NCBI GenBank assembly: GCA_963837855.1
Contig: CAWIPA010000006.1
Span: forward strand, 151,506 to 175,505
Direction of reading: 5' to 3'
DNA length: 24,000 nt
Source of the DNA: an uncultured Acidobacteriota bacterium
GTDB lineage: Bacteria > Acidobacteriota > Terriglobia > Acidiferrales > UBA7541
Part shown: positions 16,910-24,000 of the stretch, piece after piece
How positions within the stretch are numbered: the stretch's first letter is position 1
How the letters are laid out: every line of letters starts with the position of its first letter
Translations under genes and position numbers: made by a program
Notes under the pieces: model-generated
Database searches by the model: none
What the model was told of the DNA's origin: nothing
The model's input: only the letters and a program-made list of their open reading frames with translations

Positions 16910-16938
16910 ATAGTAAAGTAGGTTGATGATTTATGCAA
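16910..16938 (-). promoter_or_regulatory. Candidate sigma70-type promoter for the Y-RNA-like array and rsr unit
   Basis: On the minus strand, TTGCAT (16938-16933), a 17-nt spacer, then TACTAT (16915-16910). It lies in the only AT-rich stretch upstream of module 5. This is sequence resemblance only. Confidence 0.3.
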
Positions 16939-17017
16939 CAACAAAATGCGAGGTTTTTAAATTATTTTTCGGGGATGACGAAAAAAGTCGACGGCTTTGG
17001 ATGACTGTCGAGTAGGC

Positions 17018-17080
17018 CGTCGTAGGGGCCGGGGTTTACGACCGGCCCGGTGTAGCCTTGGGTTTGCGCCCCTGACGTTT
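17018..17080 (+). repeat. Repeat family B
   Basis: gccgtcgtaggggccggggtttacgaccggcccggtgtagccttgggtttgcgcccctgacgttt is nearly identical (3 differences) to 21268-21331. It contains the hairpin GGCCGG-ggtttacga-CCGGCC. Confidence 0.8.
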
Positions 17081-17136
17081 CGGTAGCAAGCTCTAACGCA
17101 GCCTCTTCAGACTCTGTGTGAGTACTCGGACGCCCT

Positions 17137-17212
17137 GTCAGGGCACGGTTTTAACCGTGCCGTAAATGCCGCAAATTCAATACGGCTTCAGCCGCTGAGG
17201 TTTTGTTTTTTC
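17137..17212 (+). repeat. Repeat family A, full copy
   Basis: gtcaGGGCACGGTtttaACCGTGCCgtaaatgccgcaaattcaatacggcttcagccgctgaggttttgtttttt. See 9281-9356. Confidence 0.75.
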
Positions 17213-17569
17213 AGGTGGGAGCCTCCTGCTTTAGCAGGGGGAGGAGCGCTTCAGCGCTCCGAAAACGCTGGCGATTTTTAATGCGCTTGAGCGCCTGGCT
17301 TCCACAGCGCCGTTCGCGGCGCGACCCGTAGTATTCGAGGTGTCGAGGGCACTCCAATCCGTTCAATCTATCGAGTGAATTGTGATCGGTAGTTGTTCGT
17401 TGCGGCGGACACAGCCAGCAGTGGCTGTGCTACTGGAACCGGCATCGAAGCCCGCGCGCAATTACGGCGCATGGTGCAGCCGGCGTCCAGCATGCTGGAC
17501 GATGCGTATTTGCGTTGTGTGGACTATTGCGCGGGCTTATGATGCGCCGCTTGGATGGGAGGATTGACT

Positions 17570-19315
17570 ATGCGCGCTGTGGTTCGGGGTTGGGCTTGGC
17601 GGGTGGCGATTTATTTTGCGGCGCTGACTGCGATTGCGATTTTTTCTTCCGGGGTTGCTTGGGGTCGCGGGCAGACATTTGAGATTTCGTTTCCGGCTGC
17701 GGCGCACGCTGCGCCGATTACTGGGCGCGTGTTCGTGGCCATCACGCGGCACGCCGATTCCGAGCCGCGTTTGCAGATTGCCGGGTGGCAGCGGTGCACC
17801 CCGCTTTTTGGCGTGGACGTCGAGCAGCTTCAGCCTGGGGATGCGGCGCGGATTGATGGCGCGACGCTTGGGTATCCCTTGCATAGTTTGAAGGATTTGC
17901 CTGCGGGAGATTATTACGTGCAGGCGATTGTAAATGTTTATACGGAATTTCACCGCAAGGGCGTCCCGGTGATTTGGGCGCATAACGATCAATGGGAAGG
18001 GCAGCGCTTCAATCGTTCGCCGGGAAATTTAATCAGCGAGGTGCAGTTGGTGCATTTGGATCCGGCCGCTGGCTACGCGATCAAGCTTAGCGCGGGGAAA
18101 GTAATCCCCGCCGTTGAGGTGCCTGCGGATACGGAATGGGTGAAGCACATCAAGATTCAGAGCAAATTGCTTTCTGATTTTTGGGGAACGCCGATTTATC
18201 TAGGAGCGGTGGTTTTGCTGCCGAAAGGCTATGACAGTCATCCGGAAGTGAAATATCCGGCGGTTTATGTCCAGGGGCATTTTAGTTTGAATCCGCCGTT
18301 TGCTTTTTCCACAGAGAATGTTGCGGAGACCGACGCGCAGCGGATTGCGCGGGAATCACGCGGGACGGAATCCGCCTACGAGTTTTATAAATCTTGGAAT
18401 TCTGAGAATTTTCCGCGAATGATTGCGGTCAGTTTTCAGCATCCCACTCCATTTTTTGATGATTCTTATGCGGTGAATTCCGTGAATGACGGGCCGTATG
18501 GCGACGCGATCATGACGGAATTGATTCCTTATATCGAATCGCATTTTCGAACCATCGCGCAGCCTTACGCGCGTTTGCTGACTGGCGGATCCACCGGCGG
18601 TTGGGAGGCTATGGCTTTGCAGGTTTTTCACGCAGATTTTTTCGGAGGGGCGTGGGTTTTGTTTCCCGATCCGCTCGATTGGCACCGCTATGGGCTTACC
18701 GATATTTATGACGACGAGAATGCATTTTTGGTGCAGAAGGAACACCGCGAGCTCGATTCGAATTACGGAGATCACGAGTGGCAGGTGCCGGAGCGATCGT
18801 TTGAGCGCTCACCGGACGGTCAATCGGAAAACACCGTGCGGCAAGTCAGCCAGCTCGAGGACGTGCTCGGCAGCCACGGCCGATCGGCGCAGCAGTTGGA
18901 AGTTTTCGAGGCGGTGTTTAGTCCGATGGGAGCGGACGGTTACCCGAAGCCGCTTTGGGATAAGCAGACGGGCGTGATCGATCACGAGGTGGCGAATTAT
19001 TGGCGGGCGCACGATTACGACTTGCGGGATTACATGCAGCGGAATTGGACTTCGCTGGGGCCGAAGCTGGCGGACAAATTATATTTTGCTGTGGGCGATA
19101 TGGATCATGGCTATTTGAATTTGTCGGTTTATTTGATGCAGGATTTTTTGAAAGCTTCGAAGAATCCGCATGTGGACGCAACTTTTGTCTATGGGCGGCC
19201 GATGAAGGGGCATGGATGGCACGCCATGACACAGGCGGAGCAGATTCGAGTAATGGCGAAATTTGTTTCCGCGCATGCGCCCGCCGGCGCGAAAACCGCG
19301 GATTGGAGTTATTGA
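17570..19315 (+). CDS. Secreted alpha/beta-hydrolase, putative esterase (esterase D / enterochelin-esterase-like), paralogue 1
   Basis: GGGAGG (17557-17562), 7 nt, then ATG 17570. Signal-peptide-like MRAVVRGWAWRVAIYFAALTAIAIFSSGVAWG. The C-terminal half has the nucleophile elbow LLTGGSTGGWEAM (GxSxG) and LLPKGYD...YPAVYVQGH, as in the putative-esterase family. Confidence 0.75.
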   Translation: MRAVVRGWAWRVAIYFAALTAIAIFSSGVAWGRGQTFEISFPAAAHAAPITGRVFVAITRHADSEPRLQIAGWQRCTPLFGVDVEQLQPGDAARIDGATLGYPLHSLKDLPAGDYYVQAIVNVYTEFHRKGVPVIWAHNDQWEGQRFNRSPGNLISEVQLVHLDPAAGYAIKLSAGKVIPAVEVPADTEWVKHIKIQSKLLSDFWGTPIYLGAVVLLPKGYDSHPEVKYPAVYVQGHFSLNPPFAFSTENVAETDAQRIARESRGTESAYEFYKSWNSENFPRMIAVSFQHPTPFFDDSYAVNSVNDGPYGDAIMTELIPYIESHFRTIAQPYARLLTGGSTGGWEAMALQVFHADFFGGAWVLFPDPLDWHRYGLTDIYDDENAFLVQKEHRELDSNYGDHEWQVPERSFERSPDGQSENTVRQVSQLEDVLGSHGRSAQQLEVFEAVFSPMGADGYPKPLWDKQTGVIDHEVANYWRAHDYDLRDYMQRNWTSLGPKLADKLYFAVGDMDHGYLNLSVYLMQDFLKASKNPHVDATFVYGRPMKGHGWHAMTQAEQIRVMAKFVSAHAPAGAKTADWSY

Positions 19316-19333
19316 TCACGGGGAGGAACCACT

Positions 19334-21106
19334 GTGGGATTTGATTCAGTAGCGGTTGGGGATCGAGTTCGAGCGCGCCTTGTGTCACCGGCAATTGTTT
19401 TCGCCGCGATGGTACTGTGCGTTTTCTTTTTTGCTTCGAGCGCAGGCGCTCAGAGTGCCGGGCCTCGATTTGAGATTTCGTTTCCGGCTGCAGCTCATGC
19501 CGAGGCGATTACCGGGCGTGCTTTTGTGATGATCACGCGGGATGCCTCGCGCGAGCCGCGGCTGCAAGTCGGGAATTGGGCCGATAGCGCGCCATTTTTC
19601 GGCGTTGATGTGGATTCGCTGAAGGCCGGCGAGGCGGCGGTAATTGACGCGGGGACGCTCGGCTATCCGTTGCGCAGTCTGAAGGATTTGCCGGCGGGCG
19701 ATTATTACGTGCAGGGGTTGATGCAGATTTATACCGACTTTCACCGGTCGGATGGCCATGTGCTCTGGATGCACATGGATCAATGGGAGGGCCAGCACTT
19801 CACTCGCTCGCCGGGAAATTTAATCAGCGAGGTCCAGCGAATTCATCTGGATCCCGCCGCTGGCTACTCCGTGAAATTGAGTTTGGCGAAAGTGATTCCG
19901 CCGATTGTGGTGCCAGCAGATACGGCCTGGGTCAAGCGCGTCAAGATTCAAAGCAAGTTGATGACCGCATTTTGGGGCCGGCCAATTTATTTTGGGGCTA
20001 CCGTTTTGCTGCCGAAGGGCTATGACGAGCATCCGAACGTCTCTTATCCGGTGGTTTATTTGCAGGGCCATTTTAGTTTGGCCGCGCCCTTTGGATTTCA
20101 GACCGAGCCTTCCACCGAAACCGATTTTCAGCGGATCGCCCGGGAAAATCGCGGGACCGAGACTGGCTATGAGTTTTACCAGGCTTGGAACTCGGAAAAT
20201 TTCCCGCGGATGATCGTGGTTACGTTCCAGCATCCCACTCCTTACTTCGACGATTCTTATGCAATCAATTCGGCGAATGACGGCCCGGCCGGCGACGCCG
20301 TCATGACGGAATTGATTCCTTACGTGGAGGAGCATTTCCGGATTATTCGCGAGCCTTGGGCGCGTTTGCTCACTGGCGGATCCACCGGCGGATGGGAATC
20401 ACTTTCTTTGATGGTCCATCATCCCGATTTTTTTGGCGGGACGTGGACTTTTTTCCCGGACCAGATCGATTTCCGGCGCTATGGGCTTCTGAATATTTAT
20501 GAAGACGAGAACGCGTTTTTTGTGACCAAGGAGCACACCGAGCAGAATTTGGTTTATGCGAATCACGAATGGTTCCAGCCGGAGCGGCCTTTCGAGCGCG
20601 CCCCGGATGGGCAGCCGGAGCGGTCGTTCCGGGATGTCAGCCAGTTGGAATTGGTGCTTGCGAGTCACGGCCGATCCGGGCAGCAGGTAGGAATTTTTGA
20701 CGCGACGTTCGGGCCGGTGGGAGCGGACGGCTATCCTCGCGGACTTTGGGACAAGACCACCGGGAAAATTGATCGCGAGGTCGCGCTTTATTATCGCGAT
20801 CATGGATATGACTTGAGCAATTATGTCGCAACACATTGGTCTGAGATTGGGAATCAGTTGAATGGCAAGCTCTACTTGGGCGTCGGCGAGATGGATCACG
20901 GGTCATTTAATTTGGCGGTCGGTCTGCTGCAGGATTTCTTGAAGACGTCGGAGAATCCTCATTACGAGGGGACATTTGTGTTCGGGCGCCCGTTGAAGGG
21001 GCATGGCTGGCATCCCATGACGCAAGCAGAATTGATGCGCATGATGGGGAAGTATCTGGGAGAACATTCGCCGAGTGGGGCTTTGGCGGCGTCGCAAGTT
21101 CCGTGA
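19334..21106 (+). CDS. Secreted alpha/beta-hydrolase, putative esterase, paralogue 2
   Basis: GGGAGG (19321-19326), 7 nt, then GTG 19334, 18 nt after the stop of paralogue 1. Signal peptide ...VFFFASSAGAQS. Collinear with paralogue 1 over the full length (roughly two thirds identical by eye) and carries the same LLTGGSTGGWES motif. Confidence 0.75.
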   Translation: MGFDSVAVGDRVRARLVSPAIVFAAMVLCVFFFASSAGAQSAGPRFEISFPAAAHAEAITGRAFVMITRDASREPRLQVGNWADSAPFFGVDVDSLKAGEAAVIDAGTLGYPLRSLKDLPAGDYYVQGLMQIYTDFHRSDGHVLWMHMDQWEGQHFTRSPGNLISEVQRIHLDPAAGYSVKLSLAKVIPPIVVPADTAWVKRVKIQSKLMTAFWGRPIYFGATVLLPKGYDEHPNVSYPVVYLQGHFSLAAPFGFQTEPSTETDFQRIARENRGTETGYEFYQAWNSENFPRMIVVTFQHPTPYFDDSYAINSANDGPAGDAVMTELIPYVEEHFRIIREPWARLLTGGSTGGWESLSLMVHHPDFFGGTWTFFPDQIDFRRYGLLNIYEDENAFFVTKEHTEQNLVYANHEWFQPERPFERAPDGQPERSFRDVSQLELVLASHGRSGQQVGIFDATFGPVGADGYPRGLWDKTTGKIDREVALYYRDHGYDLSNYVATHWSEIGNQLNGKLYLGVGEMDHGSFNLAVGLLQDFLKTSENPHYEGTFVFGRPLKGHGWHPMTQAELMRMMGKYLGEHSPSGALAASQVP

Positions 21107-21223
21107 GAATGCGCGAATGGCCTCGGCGTTTCGCCGGCAGGATCGCCGGGTGTGCGCGTCGATTGCGTCGCAAACGCTGCAAAATCCCAACAACTTTCCA
21201 GGCCGCGAAAAAAATCTACCCCG

Positions 21224-21267
21224 CTGTCATCCCGAACCCGCTTTAGCGGTGAGGGATCTGCATTTTG
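21224..21267 (+). repeat. Repeat family D core copy
   Basis: ctgtcatcccgaacccgctttagcggtgagggatctgcattttg, abutting a family B copy. Confidence 0.7.
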
Positions 21268-21331
21268 CCGTCGTAGGGGCCGGGGTTTACGACCGGCCCG
21301 GTCTAGCCTTGGGTTTGCGCCCTTGACTTTT
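21268..21331 (+). repeat. Repeat family B
   Basis: ccgtcgtaggggccggggtttacgaccggcccggtctagccttgggtttgcgcccttgactttt. See 17018-17080. Confidence 0.8.
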
Positions 21332-21333
21332 CG

Positions 21334-21458
21334 CGTAGGGGCGACGGCTTGCCTCGCCCGCCCGTGTAACACGCACGAAAATGTGGCCTACTTGCGTCGA
21401 CGTAACGCCATCCCGCATTCTCCGAGTTCCATCGGCCTCGTAAATGCTGAACTCATCT
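21334..21458. repeat. Family C element, truncated copy lacking both terminal inverted repeats
   Basis: cgtaggggcgacggcttgcctcgcccgcccgtgtaacacgcacgaaaatgtggcctacttgcgtcgacgtaacgcc...ctcgtaaatgc then joins directly to tgaactcatct. That sequence is what lies a few nt beyond the right end of copy 1, at about 9176-9186. Confidence 0.7.
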
Positions 21459-21630
21459 GGCTCTGTTGACTTCCTCCGAAGCCGTTGAATTTCTCCCCGT
21501 AGGGGCGACGGCTTGCCTCGCCCGCCCGTATAACACGCACGAAAATGTGGCCTACTTGCGTCGACGTAACGCCATCCCGCATTCTCCGAGTTCCATCGGC
21601 CTCGTAAATGCGCACGATGTCGACAGAGCC
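21459..21630. mobile_element. 172-bp MITE-like element (repeat family C), copy 2
   Basis: Terminal inverted repeats GGCTCTGTTGAC (21459-21470) and GTCGACAGAGCC (21619-21630, one mismatch). 9-bp flanking direct repeats AACTCATCT (21450-21458) and AATTCATCT (21631-21639). Confidence 0.8.
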
Positions 21631-21875
21631 AATTCATCTCATAAATACTTCTGAGAGTTTTTTCTCCCTCGCTTAGCCGCTGAATTTTCGTTGTTTGGGT
21701 AGCAGCCCCTGCGTTCAGTCTCGCGGCATCCTTTACAATCCCTTTGCATCTATCCCAACCTTCGCACTCAGTTCTAGCCCAACCGTACCATTGCTTAACC
21801 TTCAACCTACCCTCACAATAACTGCGCGGCCCGCTCCGCAGGAGCGCCAGAAACTCCTGCGTCCCCGCCGCACGC

Positions 21876-22186
21876 GGCCGGCCCACGCACCATCAAGCGC
21901 CTCGCGAACCAAGGAGACAGCGCAAAAGAATCGGGACACTAAAATATTCTTGCAGGGCCTAAGTCATTGATTTCAAAGGACGGGTACCTCAAAGAATCGG
22001 GACACTTTCGGGATTCTCGGCGGGGGGCCCAGCGTGGCCGGCCCGCGCACCATCAAGCGCCCCGCGAACAAAGGAGACAGCGCAAAGAATCGGGACACTA
22101 AAATATTCTTGCAGGGCCTAAGTCATTGAATTCAAAGGACAGGCACCTCAAAGAATCGGGACACTTTCGGGATTCTCGACGGGGGC
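21876..22186 (+). repeat. Tandem direct duplication, 2 x about 160 bp
   Basis: Unit 1 starts ggccggcccacgcaccatcaagcgcc at 21876, and unit 2 starts ggccggcccgcgcaccatcaagcgcc at 22036. They are near-identical apart from a few substitutions and 1-nt indels. Each unit holds two copies of agaatcgggacact, at 21927, 21993, 22086 and 22152. Confidence 0.85.
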
Positions 22187-22242
22187 GTTTTACCTCGTTC
22201 TCCCCCGCACTTTCCGAAGGGGCCGAATCCGGTGCTGATCGG

Positions 22243-24000
22243 TTACTTCACGAAGGTCAGCCCGTGCGGTACCAGGTGCGGAACTACGTAGGCGTAAAGC
22301 ATTACGATTATTCCTACGAGGCTGCCTAACGCGATCGAGTGCCAGAAGACGAACCGGAAGATCTGGCCTTCGTTGCCGACCTGCTCGGTGGCCGCCGTCG
22401 CGATCGTGATCGATTGCGCGTCCACCATTTTGCCCATCACGCCGCCCGCACTGTTGGCCGCGCACATCAGGATCGGATCGATCCCCAGTTGCTGCGAAGT
22501 GATTTTTTGCAGGCTGCCAAATAGGGCGTTGGATGACGTATCGCTTCCCGTCAGGGCTACTCCTAGCCAGCCTAGGAATGTGCCGAAGAAGGGGTAGAAC
22601 CAGCCGGTGCGCGTGAAGGCTAGGCCTAACACCGCATCCAGGCCCGAGTATCTCGTTACGAATCCCAAGCCCAGCATGAAAGAAATCGCGATCATCGCCA
22701 GCCGCATGCGCACAAGCGTCCGCCAGAAAATTTTCATCAGGGCGATCGGGCTTAGACCTAGTAGCAAGCCGGAGACGATAGCTGCCAGGAAGCATCCGCT
22801 GCCCGTGGCCGATAGCCAATTGAAATCGTAACGCGCAGCTTCGGGCGTGGGCTTGGCCACCACTGGAGCGTTGCGGGAAATTTTATTGTGCAGGTAGGGC
22901 CAGTCCCAACCGGGGGCGCCTGGGCGAGGCTTGCCGTCGGCTTGAATTACTTTGAAGGCTGGGGTAGTGGCTTGGTTCATGGCCAATTTTATTTTTGGCA
23001 GGCCCCACAGGAGGACGAAGACCGAGAGTATCGCGAAGGGCATCCAGGCTTTTAGCACTTTGCTGGCGGGATATTTTTTTGCGGCTACGTAGCCGTCGTA
23101 TTCCTTGGCGGGCCATTGGCCGCCCATGTCGTCGGAGACCTCACCGTGAGCCGGTTCAACTGGCGAAGTTGCAGGCGCGGTTTTTTCATAATCGAAGCGC
23201 CAGATTTTTTTGGGCTTCCAGAAACGCAGGAAAACTATGGTGACGATGATCGAAACTACCGCAGCGGCGATGTCGACGAGGTTGCTGTCCACGTGATTGG
23301 CCCAGAAGAATTGGGTCAGCGCGAAACTTACGCCCACTACGATTATTGCCGGGAGGACTTCGAAAGTTTCTTGCCAGTTGACCATGGTGCGGACGAGCCA
23401 GAGCGGAACAATCACCGCGGTGAATGGCAGGATGCGGCCAACCATGGCGCTCAGATCGGATTCCGGCAGCCCGGAGACGGCAGCCAGCGCATGGACGGGA
23501 GTGCCAATCGCGCCCCATGCTACTGGCGCCGTGTTGGCGATCAAATTTAGCGCGGCGGCGTGGAAGGGGCGGAAGCCGAGGCCGATCATGAAAGCACCGG
23601 CGATGGCAACTGGCGCTCCAAAGCCTGCCGCGCCTTCGATGAAAGCGCCGAAGCAAAATGCCACGAGCAGGACTTGCAGTCGCCGATCGGGGGTGATGCC
23701 GGCGATCGATTCTTTCATGATTTCGAATTGGCCGGTTTCTACGGAAATGTCGTAGAGGTAGACGGCGGCCAGGACGATCCAGGCGATTTTTAATACGCCG
23801 TAGGCGACGCCGTAGCCGAAGGCTGAGGCGGCAAGAGCGAGCGGCATGTGGAAGACTACGATGCCTACGAGGATGGCGGTGGCGGCTGCTGCGATCGCGC
23901 ACCAGTGCGGCTTTACCCGGAGGCCTGCGAGCAAGGTGAAGAGGACGATGATCGGCAGGGCTGCTACTAGCGTGGAGAGCCACCAGTGGCCTAGAGGATC
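22243..24000 (-). CDS. lctP: L-lactate/glycolate permease (LctP family), 5'-partial at the window edge
   Basis: The 563-aa ORF has LctP-family features (FGYGVAYGVLKIAWIVLAAVYLYDISVETGQFEIMK, FIEGAAGFGAPVAIAGAFMIGLGF, ANTAPVAWGAIGTPV, SAGGVMGKM). The frame stays open from 23934 to 24000 (DPLGHWWLSTLVAALPIIVLFT), so the true start is outside the window. Confidence 0.9.
   Translation of the reverse strand, partial: DPLGHWWLSTLVAALPIIVLFTLLAGLRVKPHWCAIAAAATAILVGIVVFHMPLALAASAFGYGVAYGVLKIAWIVLAAVYLYDISVETGQFEIMKESIAGITPDRRLQVLLVAFCFGAFIEGAAGFGAPVAIAGAFMIGLGFRPFHAAALNLIANTAPVAWGAIGTPVHALAAVSGLPESDLSAMVGRILPFTAVIVPLWLVRTMVNWQETFEVLPAIIVVGVSFALTQFFWANHVDSNLVDIAAAVVSIIVTIVFLRFWKPKKIWRFDYEKTAPATSPVEPAHGEVSDDMGGQWPAKEYDGYVAAKKYPASKVLKAWMPFAILSVFVLLWGLPKIKLAMNQATTPAFKVIQADGKPRPGAPGWDWPYLHNKISRNAPVVAKPTPEAARYDFNWLSATGSGCFLAAIVSGLLLGLSPIALMKIFWRTLVRMRLAMIAISFMLGLGFVTRYSGLDAVLGLAFTRTGWFYPFFGTFLGWLGVALTGSDTSSNALFGSLQKITSQQLGIDPILMCAANSAGGVMGKMVDAQSITIATAATEQVGNEGQIFRFVFWHSIALGSLVGIIVMLYAYVVPHLVPHGLTFVK

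Noticed and set aside
16750-16990. A sigma54 (-24 GG / -12 GC) promoter or RtcR-type control upstream of the array.
   Set aside because: I could not find a TGGCAC-N5-TTGC-like motif on the minus strand, and no activator gene is present in the window.
21876-22186. The tandem repeat as a CRISPR array.
   Set aside because: There are only two units of about 160 bp with no short repeat/spacer periodicity, and no cas genes nearby.

Overview
This is a GC-rich bacterial chromosomal window. The gene content and the dense short palindromic repeat families look like an Acidobacteriota-type soil bacterium, but that is only a guess. Most genes are on the minus strand. From left to right they are a deoxynucleoside kinase, a small membrane protein (plus strand), and a co-oriented block of histidine kinase, ABC ATPase, ABC permease and two M42 peptidase paralogues (one catalytically degenerate). 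These are followed by a very short RidA-like ORF, gltB (glutamate synthase large subunit), a Ro60/Rsr locus, two tandem secreted esterase paralogues (plus strand) and a 5'-partial LctP-family permease at the right edge. The most interesting region is 14.4-16.9 kb. A TROVE+vWA (Rsr/Ro60) gene is preceded on the same strand by five structured RNA modules and a small Cys/His-rich ORF embedded among them. All five modules share one covarying Y-RNA-like scaffold. One carries a circularly permuted, end-capped tRNA mimic (YrlA type), and a second carries a partial T-arm mimic. No rtcB, rtcA or rtcR is present. At least five genes (M42 peptidase, histidine kinase, gltB twice, rsr) are interrupted by frameshifts, and each junction requires skipping exactly one base. 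That uniformity suggests systematic single-base insertion errors in the assembly, or else unusual gene decay. Intergenic DNA holds at least five repeat families, including a 172-bp MITE with 12-bp terminal inverted repeats and 9-bp target-site duplications, and a 160-bp tandem duplication. I saw no rRNA, canonical tRNA, CRISPR array, transposase or integrase.
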